Assembly: GCA_964387845.1 (NCBI GenBank)
Contig: CAYLXA010000001.1
Location: 320,001 to 384,000, forward strand
DNA from: an uncultured bacterium
Lineage (GTDB): Bacteria; Omnitrophota; Omnitrophia; Omnitrophales; Abzuiibacteriaceae
Direction of reading: 5' to 3'
Length of the DNA: 64,000 bases
How positions within the stretch are numbered: the stretch's first letter is position 1; each line of letters opens with the position of its first letter. Below, in pieces: positions 47,391 to 55,960 of this stretch. The notes under the pieces were generated by a model. The model ran no database searches. It worked only from the letters and a program-made list of their open reading frames with translations, and was not told where the DNA came from. The translations under genes and the position numbers were made by a program.

Positions 47391-48204
47391 GAATAAAATA
47401 AAGACGACGTTAGAAAAAGCATTGCTCGCAGGCGGCGTTTTGGTTGAGAAAGCTTTTTATCAGCCAAAGAAAATCGAGTACAAAAGCCGCGCGAATTTAG
47501 TCACCGAAACGGATAAAGCAGCCGAACGAAAAATTTTGGACGTGATTTTGAATATATTTCCAAATCATACGATCCTCGCCGAAGAAACCGAGAGTAGAAA
47601 TCCGAAGTTTACATCGAATACTTTTATCAATCCGAATCCAAAATCCGCAAAATGGATCATTGATCCGATTGACGGAACGACCAACTTTGCGCACGGTCTT
47701 GCCCTGGTTAGTGTCAGTATTGGTTTTGAAGAAAACGGCGTTTTAAAATTAGGCGGCGTTTGGAATCCAATTTTGAAAGAAATGTTCTTCGCCGAAAAAG
47801 GAAAAGGCGCTTACTTAAATGGTAAACGGATCAGCGTATCAAAAACGCCCAAATTAGAATCGTCGCTGCTCGTCACCGGTTTTCCGTACGACAAATCCCG
47901 CTATACGCACAACACAATCATGAATGTGATGAAAGAATTTTTACTAGCATCGCACGGCATCCGCCGGCTCGGCTCAGCCGCAATTGACCTATGTTATGTT
48001 GCCTGCGGGCGCTTCGACGGTTATTGGGAATCCAAGCTTCAGCCCTGGGATCAGGCGGCAGGTGCATTAATCGCAGAAGAAGCCGGGGCGAAACTTTCTA
48101 ACTTTAAAGGAAAGCGTTACAGCATTTACGAGCAAGAAACGCTCGCGACAAACGGCAAAATTCATTCGGAGATGTTGAAGGTATTGAAGAAGTTGTGGAA
48201 ATAA
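47389..48204 (+). CDS. suhB: Inositol monophosphatase family protein.
   Basis: WIIDPIDGTTNFAHG and WDQAAG motifs. Confidence 0.85.
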   Translation: MNKIKTTLEKALLAGGVLVEKAFYQPKKIEYKSRANLVTETDKAAERKILDVILNIFPNHTILAEETESRNPKFTSNTFINPNPKSAKWIIDPIDGTTNFAHGLALVSVSIGFEENGVLKLGGVWNPILKEMFFAEKGKGAYLNGKRISVSKTPKLESSLLVTGFPYDKSRYTHNTIMNVMKEFLLASHGIRRLGSAAIDLCYVACGRFDGYWESKLQPWDQAAGALIAEEAGAKLSNFKGKRYSIYEQETLATNGKIHSEMLKVLKKLWK

Positions 48205-48290
48205 CTTAGTGCTAAGGGGTAAGTGATAAGTGGTAAGTAGAAAAACGATTTTACTTATCGCTTAGCACTTACCACTTATCACTCGTTAGT
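48205..48290. repeat. Family-4 heptad hairpin (convergent gene ends).
   Basis: cttagtgctaaggggtaagtgataagtggtaagtag … tacttatcgcttagcacttaccacttatcactcgttag. Confidence 0.75.
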
Positions 48291-48294
48291 CGAA

Positions 48295-48960
48295 TTAAAC
48301 GTTCGCTGCTAAATCAGACCACGGATATTCGCCGGTCCAATGATAACCGGGATTATCCACGTGATTTGGTACCAAGCATCCGTAGATGTTGCCCAAACCA
48401 TACACCATGCGGCTCCACCAGAACCACACGCCTTTTCCGATACCTTTGACCACATTGCCTTCTTTGCTTCCCTTGACAATCTGGCCCGGAACTTCCACGA
48501 TGCCCGTAAGGCCGTTGGCGAAACCATGTATCAATTTTCTGCCGTAAGGCTTCACGCCTTCTTTTAGATTCGGCTTGAAAATACTGTACGCGGTTCCCCA
48601 TTCCCACGAACGTTCGGCGTCAAACGGAATACCAACGCCCTGGTTGGATGCGGGGCTGGCAGCCCAGAATCCAAATAGCTCGGTGAATCCTGAAACTTCG
48701 CGGCCGGCAAAATGGCCAAAACCTTTGAAAAATCCAAGAATAGTGCCGACTGCTTTTGAAGCTGGTTTATTCTTGATCACACTCAAGCCTGTGTCATATC
48801 CTTTGTAAATCTGCACCGGTACTTCAACAATACCTGTGACGATATCAATGACACCGCGGACAGCTCGCTGACCCATTCCTTCGACAATTGGGCCTGCGCT
48901 AGCAATTCCGCACGGCAATACTAGTGAAAGTGCAAAAACAAGCGCAATAACTCTACGCAT
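48295..48960 (-). CDS. Exosortase-system-associated secreted protein (TIGR04073-like), internal tandem duplication of the domain.
   Basis: Signal peptide, then two repeats of the V/KxxxGxxNxxTGIVEVPxQI block (RAVRGVIDIVTGIVEVPVQI and KLIHGFANGLTGIVEVPGQI). Confidence 0.5.
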   Translation of the reverse strand: MRRVIALVFALSLVLPCGIASAGPIVEGMGQRAVRGVIDIVTGIVEVPVQIYKGYDTGLSVIKNKPASKAVGTILGFFKGFGHFAGREVSGFTELFGFWAASPASNQGVGIPFDAERSWEWGTAYSIFKPNLKEGVKPYGRKLIHGFANGLTGIVEVPGQIVKGSKEGNVVKGIGKGVWFWWSRMVYGLGNIYGCLVPNHVDNPGYHWTGEYPWSDLAANV

Positions 48961-49149
48961 GTTTCCTCCTCTTGGTTGGTTAATGAGTTAAATATAATCA
49001 GACCGTTTAATATTTTAAGATAAAGCCGGCCTACCTTAAATGACGGCTTTACGGCGCAAAACTTGAAAGAAAGGATTTTATGCTTTGATGACAACACTTA
49101 ATTCTTTACTTAATAAAAAGGCGGATTTTATCGTTATAGTAAGCTGACT

Positions 49150-50751
49150 ATGACATCTCTAAATAACCTAAAATCAGACGGAATCGAAATTAAAGGCGCT
49201 CTTACGCCTGCCTTCTCCGAAATCCTAACGCCTGAAGCCGTCAAATTTGTTGCGAGCCTTGAAAAAAAATTTGGGGCCCGTCGGCTTGAATTATTAGAAA
49301 AGCGCAAGGTCAGGCAAGCAGAAATCAACGCCGGCAAAATGCCGGACTTTCTAAGCGAAACCAAATCCGTCCGCGACAGCGACTGGAAAGTTGCACCGAT
49401 CCCGAAAGACCTCCTCGAACGCAAAGTCGAAATCACAGGGCCCGTGGAACGCAAAATGATGATTAATGCGCTTAATTCCGGCGCCAATGTGTTCATGGCC
49501 GATTTCGAAGATTCCAACTCACCGACTTGGCAGAACAACATCGAGGGGCATATAAATTTGCGCGACGCCGTCAATCGTACGATATCATTCAAAAACCCTG
49601 ACGGAAAAGAATACCAACTGAACGATAAAATCGCGACTTTGCTGGTTCGGCCGCGCGGCTGGCATTTAAACGAGAAACACATGACTGTGAGCGGCAAAGA
49701 AATCTCCGCTTCCTTGTTTGATTTTGGGTTTTTCTTTTTCCATAACGCGAAAACTTTGATCCAAAAAGGAACAGGCCCCTATTTTTATTTACCCAAAATG
49801 GAAAGCCACTTGGAAGCGCGTTTGTGGAATGATGTGTTTAATTTCGCACAGGATGAAATCAAAATCCCGCGCAGCTCAATTCGCGCGACGGTTTTGATTG
49901 AAACCATCTTAGCTTCGTTCGAAATGGATGAAATTTTGTACGAACTGAAAGATCACTCCGCAGGCCTCAATTGCGGACGCTGGGATTATATTTTCAGCTT
50001 CATCAAGAAATTCCGAGAGAAACCGGATTTCCTGCTTCCCGACCGTGCGCAAGTGACAATGGATAAGGCTTTCCTGAAGGCCTATGTCGAACTTTTGATC
50101 AAAACATGCCACCGCCGCGGCATTCACGCGATGGGCGGCATGGCGGCACAGATTCCTATTAAATCTGACCCCATTGCCAATGAAGCGGCGCTCGAAAAGG
50201 TCCGTCAGGACAAGCTTCGCGAAGTAAAAGCTGGCCACGACGGCACTTGGGTTGCGCATCCGGGACTTATTCCGATCGCCATGGATGCCTTCAATCAAAA
50301 TATGAAAGGTGCTAATCAATTAAATGTCGCACGTTCCGAAGTTCAAATTACGGCAAAAGATTTGCTCACCGTTCCAAAAGGCGATATCACCGAAGCCGGC
50401 CTCCGCAAAAATGTGAATGTCGGAATTCTCTACATCGAATCGTGGCTGCGCGGCTTGGGATGTGTACCACTTTATTACTTGATGGAAGACGCTGCAACTG
50501 CGGAAATCTCGCGCACGCAAGTGTGGCAATGGATCCGGCATCACGCGAAAATGACAAACGGTGTTCAAGTGACAGCTGAGTTGGTACAGAAAATCGTGAA
50601 GGAAGAACTTGCCGATATGGAAAAATCGGTTGGTGTTGAGAAATTTAAATCCGGAAAATTTAAACTTGCTTCAGAAATTTTCTACGAAATGAGTACTCGA
50701 AAAGAATGTCCTGACTTTTTAACGATCGAAGCTTATAAACATTTAGATTAA
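49150..50751 (+). CDS. aceB: Malate synthase A.
   Basis: 533 aa with malate synthase A blocks (…DFEDS…, catalytic Arg/Asp region GLNCGRWDYIFS). Confidence 0.9.
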   Translation: MTSLNNLKSDGIEIKGALTPAFSEILTPEAVKFVASLEKKFGARRLELLEKRKVRQAEINAGKMPDFLSETKSVRDSDWKVAPIPKDLLERKVEITGPVERKMMINALNSGANVFMADFEDSNSPTWQNNIEGHINLRDAVNRTISFKNPDGKEYQLNDKIATLLVRPRGWHLNEKHMTVSGKEISASLFDFGFFFFHNAKTLIQKGTGPYFYLPKMESHLEARLWNDVFNFAQDEIKIPRSSIRATVLIETILASFEMDEILYELKDHSAGLNCGRWDYIFSFIKKFREKPDFLLPDRAQVTMDKAFLKAYVELLIKTCHRRGIHAMGGMAAQIPIKSDPIANEAALEKVRQDKLREVKAGHDGTWVAHPGLIPIAMDAFNQNMKGANQLNVARSEVQITAKDLLTVPKGDITEAGLRKNVNVGILYIESWLRGLGCVPLYYLMEDAATAEISRTQVWQWIRHHAKMTNGVQVTAELVQKIVKEELADMEKSVGVEKFKSGKFKLASEIFYEMSTRKECPDFLTIEAYKHLD

Positions 50752-50754
50752 CTT

Positions 50755-50812
50755 CCCTCACCCCTCCCTCTCCCTCAGGGAGAGGGATAAAGGGAGAGGG
50801 GAATTAAGGGAG
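50755..50812. repeat. Family-1 palindromic repeat filling the aceB–aceA spacer.
   Basis: ccctcacccctccctctccctcagggagagggataaagggagaggggaattaagggag. Confidence 0.8.
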
Positions 50813-50817
50813 ACGCC

Positions 50818-52125
50818 ATGCAAAATATACCGCACATAATGGAAAAAGATAAATTCATTCAATGGCTCCATGCCGAATGGAAGAACGAGTCCCGCTGGAA
50901 AGGCATTGTCAGACCTTACAGCGCTGAAGACGTTTGGAAATTAAAAGGGAGTGTTTACCGGATTCATTCACTCGCGAAGGCAGGCGCCAAACGGCTTTGG
51001 TCGCTTTTCAGCGAAGAAAAATATGTGAACACGCTGAGCGCCATCACCGGCAACCAGGCCATTCAGCAAGTGAAGGCCGGCCTCAAGGCGATTTACGTCA
51101 GCGGATGGCAAGTCGCGGCAGACGGCAATAATTCCCTGCGCATGTACCCCGATCAAAGCCTTTATCCTTCGGACAGCGTTCCTTATTTATTAAAACGCAT
51201 CAACCATTCATTGATACGAGCTGACCAAATCCACCACTTAAAGGGCGACAATTCTATTTATTGGATGGCGCCTCTTGTGGCCGATGCCGAAGCCGGATTC
51301 GGCGGTCCCTTAAATGCCTTTGAAGTGATGAAGATGATGATTGAAGAAGGCGCTGCGGGCGTTCACTTTGAAGATCAGCTTGCGTCCGTTAAGAAGTGCG
51401 GCCATTTGGGCGGAAAAGTGCTGGTGCCGACGCGTGAATTTATTACCAAATTGATTGCCGCCCGGCTCGCAGCAGATACTTCCGGTGTCGCCACGATTTT
51501 AGTCGCAAGGACCGACGCACACAGCGCTTCCCTTTTGACGAGCGACATTGATCCTAACGACACACCCTTCATCGATAAAAAGAAGGAGCGCACGCATGAA
51601 GGCTTTTATCATGTGAAAGCCGGGCTTGAACAAGCCATCGCGCGCGCGCTGGCCTATGCGCCTTATGCAGATTTGCTGTGGTTTGAAACTTCAACACCGG
51701 ATTTAAAAGAGGCGAAGGAATTTGCGGAAGCGATTCATAAAAAATTCCCTGGAAAATATTTGGCTTACAACTGTTCGCCCTCATTTAATTGGCGCGCCAA
51801 ACTCGATGAAAAAACAATCGCCAAATTCCAGAGCGCACTCGGCGATATGGGTTACAAATTCCAGTTTGTAACTCTGTCAGCATTCCACGCGCTCAACTAC
51901 AGCATGTTCAGCCTCGCAAAAGGCTATAAAGAATCGGGGATGGCGGCTTATTCGAAATTGCAAGAAGCGGAATTCGATGCGGAAAAACTGGGCTACGAAG
52001 CTATCAAGCACCAAGAATTTGTGGGAACAGGCTATTTTGACGCAGTTACTGATGTTGCTTCACAAGGCACCGGCTCGACGCAAGCGATGAAAGGCTCCAC
52101 CGAAGCCGAGCAGTTTCATAAGTAG
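50818..52125 (+). CDS. aceA: Isocitrate lyase.
   Basis: Signature KKCGHLGGK, 435 aa. Confidence 0.9.
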   Translation: MQNIPHIMEKDKFIQWLHAEWKNESRWKGIVRPYSAEDVWKLKGSVYRIHSLAKAGAKRLWSLFSEEKYVNTLSAITGNQAIQQVKAGLKAIYVSGWQVAADGNNSLRMYPDQSLYPSDSVPYLLKRINHSLIRADQIHHLKGDNSIYWMAPLVADAEAGFGGPLNAFEVMKMMIEEGAAGVHFEDQLASVKKCGHLGGKVLVPTREFITKLIAARLAADTSGVATILVARTDAHSASLLTSDIDPNDTPFIDKKKERTHEGFYHVKAGLEQAIARALAYAPYADLLWFETSTPDLKEAKEFAEAIHKKFPGKYLAYNCSPSFNWRAKLDEKTIAKFQSALGDMGYKFQFVTLSAFHALNYSMFSLAKGYKESGMAAYSKLQEAEFDAEKLGYEAIKHQEFVGTGYFDAVTDVASQGTGSTQAMKGSTEAEQFHK

Positions 52126-52129
52126 AGCG

Positions 52130-53632
52130 CTACTTCCTCAAAAACTCACACAACAGACGCACGCCGTAGCCGGTGGCGCCGCGGAAGTTGTAAGGACGCG
52201 CGGAATCAACCCATGCGGTTCCCGCGATATCGAGATGCGCCCATGATTTACAATCCACAAATGCTTCGAGGAATTTCGCGGCTGTGATGGTTCCGCCGTA
52301 GCCGGAGCCGGCATTTAGAATGTCTGAATGGTGTCCCTTGATAATGTCGAAATACTCTTCCCACATCGGAAGCTGCCACAAGCGCTCGCCGACCGACTCG
52401 CCTGTTTTAATGAGCTGATCAATCAACTTTTGATCATTGCCCATCACGCCGGCACATTTGTCGGCAAGCGCCACAACGCAGGCGCCCGTCAAGGTCGCAA
52501 GGTCAATCATGGCTTTCGGTTTGTAATTTTCGCAGGCGTAAATCAATGCATCCGCCAGAATCAAACGGCCTTCAGCGTCGGTGTTGATGATTTCAACCGA
52601 TTTTCCGTTGTTGTAAGTGATGATATCGCCCGGACGCGACGCGGTTCCGCTCGGCATATTTTCAACCAAGGGCGTGATGCCGACTACATGCACATGCGGC
52701 TTCAATTTGGCAAGCGCAAGCATGGTTCCCGCAACAGTTGCAGCACCCGACATATCGTATTTCATTTTTTCCATGTCTTTCGACGGCTTAATTGAAATGC
52801 CGCCCGAATCAAAACACACGCCTTTGCCGACTAAGCAAACAGTTCCTTTATTTTTATAGGATGCACCGTATTCGATAATCATAAATCGAGGCGCCTCTGA
52901 GGAACCTTGGCAAACCGCGATCACACCGGCCATTTTGCGGCGCTTGATTTCGGCCTCTTCCATCACTTTAACTTTAAGTCCTGCTTTTCGCGCAGCCTCA
53001 CTGGCCTTGGCGGCAAATGCTTTTGGCGAGATCACATTCGCGGGTTCGTTAATCAAATTACGCGTAAAATTGACGGATTCGGCAATCACCTGCGCACGCT
53101 TCAAACCTTCTTCAACAGTTTTCGCGCTTTTCTTTTGTTCATAAATGATTGTGACTTCTTCAACGGAAAGCTTGGGATCGTCTTTCTTCTTCTGCAGATA
53201 TTTATCAAACTTATAATCGGCGAGTAAAAATGTCTCCGGAATTAATTCGGAAACTTGGTTAAGGCTCAATTTTCCGGAAACAAACTGATCAGCAATAATC
53301 ACAACCGATTTTGCCTTTTGGCTTTTTGCTAAACCCAACAAACTACCGATCGCGCGGCGCAATGTTTCAATTTTAAGCGACTCTTTCTTCCCTAACCCGA
53401 CAAACAAAACGTCGCTCGCGGCTTTGTAGGCATTAGTTCCGTAGGAAGGCAAGGTTTCGCAGCATTTACCCTCAAAACGCTTCTTCTGGATCGCGCGGCT
53501 CAGCGCTTCATAAGCTACCGGGTCAATGTCTTTTAAAGATTTAGGGGGTTGTTTGGCGCCTTCAAAAAGGGCTACGATTAATAGATCGGAGGGTTTTCTT
53601 TTGTCGGTTAAATGGCTGGCTGCGATTTTCAT
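52130..53632 (-). CDS. pepA: Leucyl aminopeptidase (M17 family).
   Basis: NTDAEGRLILADAL signature. The start was placed at MKIAASH. Confidence 0.85.
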   Translation of the reverse strand: MKIAASHLTDKRKPSDLLIVALFEGAKQPPKSLKDIDPVAYEALSRAIQKKRFEGKCCETLPSYGTNAYKAASDVLFVGLGKKESLKIETLRRAIGSLLGLAKSQKAKSVVIIADQFVSGKLSLNQVSELIPETFLLADYKFDKYLQKKKDDPKLSVEEVTIIYEQKKSAKTVEEGLKRAQVIAESVNFTRNLINEPANVISPKAFAAKASEAARKAGLKVKVMEEAEIKRRKMAGVIAVCQGSSEAPRFMIIEYGASYKNKGTVCLVGKGVCFDSGGISIKPSKDMEKMKYDMSGAATVAGTMLALAKLKPHVHVVGITPLVENMPSGTASRPGDIITYNNGKSVEIINTDAEGRLILADALIYACENYKPKAMIDLATLTGACVVALADKCAGVMGNDQKLIDQLIKTGESVGERLWQLPMWEEYFDIIKGHHSDILNAGSGYGGTITAAKFLEAFVDCKSWAHLDIAGTAWVDSARPYNFRGATGYGVRLLCEFLRK

Positions 53633-53689
53633 GACGTTCCTTTCTCCTAAAACAAGATGAAATAATAGGTAAAATAACGACTGCGCATT

Positions 53690-53790
53690 ATACAAGCTAC
53701 AGGCCACAAGCTACAAGCTTAAAAGCCTGAAGCTTGCAGCCTGTGGCTTGAGACTTGAGGCTTGAAGCCTGCAGCCTGAAGCAATGCTTG
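53690..53790. repeat. Family-6 repeat (gcctgaagcttgcagcctg / cttgaagcctgcagcctgaagc), intergenic copy.
   Basis: Related to 4136–4225. It lies upstream of rpmB. Confidence 0.6.
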
Positions 53791-53849
53791 CACTTAAAGA
53801 GGCTTTCACGTATAATGCACGCTCTTTGACGAAAGGAATAGGATTTATC

Positions 53850-54107
53850 ATGCAAAAGTGCGCAGTTTGTGAAAAAGGCCCCATCAGCGGCAACTCCATT
53901 GCCCGCCGTGGTATGGCCAAGAAAAAAGGCGGGGTCGGTAAGAAAATTACAGGGATTAAACGCCGCCGGTTTTTACCGAATCTTCAGCGTGTTAAGGCCA
54001 TTATTGGCAACGGGACAGTTCGCCGAATTTGGGTTTGTTCGGCTTGCCTTCAGGCCGGAAGAGTTAAAAAAGCGGTTTCCCGGAAATCACTCCAAACCGT
54101 AGCTTAA
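53850..54107 (+). CDS. rpmB: 50S ribosomal protein L28.
   Basis: MQKCAVCEKGPISGNSIARRG…RRFLPNLQ. The start was moved to the internal Met at codon 23 of the track ORF. Confidence 0.75.
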   Translation: MQKCAVCEKGPISGNSIARRGMAKKKGGVGKKITGIKRRRFLPNLQRVKAIIGNGTVRRIWVCSACLQAGRVKKAVSRKSLQTVA

Positions 54108-54212
54108 ATTCAAATCTCAAATTTCAAAATTCAAAATAATTCAAATTACTAAATTCCAAATTGAAACATTTGAATTTAGAATTTGTTTTGATATTTGAAA
54201 TTTGAATTTAAA
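54108..54212. repeat. Family-5 AT-rich palindromic repeat (second copy), between convergent rpmB and recJ.
   Basis: taaattcaaatctcaaatttcaaaat…ttgatatttgaaatttgaattt. Confidence 0.7.
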
Positions 54213-55881
54213 ATTGTCTCAAATCTTTCACTTCCAGAACGACTGACTCGATTCCATCCCATTCTTTTAATTTCGGGGAATATACAATTTCATAAGCCCC
54301 GCTCTCAGGGATCTGCTTAGGTTGAGGGTCTTTCTGTGTCCAATTGGCTTCAAACGTCGCACCATCAGCGCTCACCCACCAACGCAACGTTTGCGGGCTT
54401 GCCTGCGTAATTTTGGTTTTGGTCTGAACATTCCGAGTTAAAAATGACGGCCGCGGATTTCCGGCGCCGAAAGGCTCAAATAATTCGATTTCGCGCAAAA
54501 CCGTCGGCGTTAAATCCGAAAATAAAATTTCGAGATCATACCGAATTGATTTAGTGAAAATCACCGGCGGAATTTGCGCTGCATACTCATTGATCTTTTG
54601 CCTGAAATTCCGCAACTCACCCTCTAATATCGAAAAACCGGCTGCCAGCTCATGGCCTCCGAACTCTTCCACGTGATCTTTGCTGAACTCAAGCGCTTCG
54701 AATAAATGAAATCCGCGCACGGAGCGGCCCGATGCCTTCCCTTTTCCATTTTCAAGCGCGATCACCAGGCTCGGGCGGTTGAAACGTTCGACCAAACGCT
54801 GCGCCACAATTCCAATCACGCCCTGATGCCAGCCTTCGGACCAAATGACAATGACTTTATCGCGGTTAAAATTAATTTCCTTCTCAACTTTTGCTATCGC
54901 CTGCCTTAAAACTTCGCGTTCTTCCTGCTGGCGTGCTTTATTTTCAGTATCCAATAATTTTGCAAGCTCATCGGCTCTTTGTTCGTCCTGAGAAATCAAA
55001 AGCTCGAGCGCTTTATCGCCCGAACTCATGCGCCCGCTGGCATTAATTCTGGGCCCAAGCATAAATCCGAGATGCGCGGAATTGATCTTGCGGGATTTGA
55101 TCTTTGCCACATTGCAAAGCTTTGATAATCCGACAGAATTTCTTTTGGATATCAATTCCATGCCGAATTTAACGATCAAACGGTTTTCATCCACAAGCGG
55201 CGCCACATCGCAAATCGATGAAAGCGCGGCCAAATCCAGAAGCGAAAGCGCAAAGCGGCCCACAAGCGCCTGCGACAATTTAAACGCAAGCCCCGCTGCG
55301 GAAAGCTCCTTAAATGGATACTGGCAGCCTTCCTGAAGTGGATTAATGATTGCGAAAGCTTCGGGCAAATTCCCGCCGTGAATCTGGTGGTGATCAATCA
55401 CAATCGAATCGATGCCGGCGTTTTTTGCGGTTTTGACTTCGTCAATCGCGGTGATGCCGCAATCTACCGTGATGATGAGCTTGGTGCCGTTTTGTGTCGC
55501 GGCTTGAACAGCATCTTCGCTGACCCCGTAGCCGTCTTTCTTGCGGTGCGGAATGAACGTATAAAATTTAGCACCGAGCTTCTTCAGGGTCAGCGCCATA
55601 ATCGCAGCGCCCGTCACGCCGTCTACGTCATAATCGCCGTGAACCATGATGAGCTCTTTGCGCTCGGCAGCCTGCAGAATGCGTTTCGAAGCTTCTTTAA
55701 CACCCTTCATTAAAAAAGGGTCATAAAATTGATCGAGTGCGGGAAATAAAAATTTGGAGGAGGCGGCTTCCGTATGAATCGATCGGAGCGCGAGTAATTT
55801 CGTAACAAGCGGTGAATACGACAGGGTTTCGGACGGTAAAGCAGAGCCGGAAACTTCTTTTTGCTGCCAAATGGTATGCAT
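54208..55881 (-). CDS. recJ: Single-stranded-DNA-specific exonuclease RecJ.
   Basis: DHH motifs (HGDYDVDGVTG, DHH at VIDHHQ), 557 aa. Confidence 0.85.
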   Translation of the reverse strand: MHTIWQQKEVSGSALPSETLSYSPLVTKLLALRSIHTEAASSKFLFPALDQFYDPFLMKGVKEASKRILQAAERKELIMVHGDYDVDGVTGAAIMALTLKKLGAKFYTFIPHRKKDGYGVSEDAVQAATQNGTKLIITVDCGITAIDEVKTAKNAGIDSIVIDHHQIHGGNLPEAFAIINPLQEGCQYPFKELSAAGLAFKLSQALVGRFALSLLDLAALSSICDVAPLVDENRLIVKFGMELISKRNSVGLSKLCNVAKIKSRKINSAHLGFMLGPRINASGRMSSGDKALELLISQDEQRADELAKLLDTENKARQQEEREVLRQAIAKVEKEINFNRDKVIVIWSEGWHQGVIGIVAQRLVERFNRPSLVIALENGKGKASGRSVRGFHLFEALEFSKDHVEEFGGHELAAGFSILEGELRNFRQKINEYAAQIPPVIFTKSIRYDLEILFSDLTPTVLREIELFEPFGAGNPRPSFLTRNVQTKTKITQASPQTLRWWVSADGATFEANWTQKDPQPKQIPESGAYEIVYSPKLKEWDGIESVVLEVKDLRQF

Positions 55882-55889
55882 TTTTTCAG

Positions 55890-55960
55890 CGCTAAGTGAT
55901 AAGTGGTAAGTGTTAAGTAAATCGAATGACTTAACACTTATGACTTACCACTTATCACTA
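55890..55960. repeat. Family-4 heptad hairpin.
   Basis: gctaagtgataagtggtaagtgttaagt … acttaacacttatgacttaccacttatcac. Confidence 0.75.
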
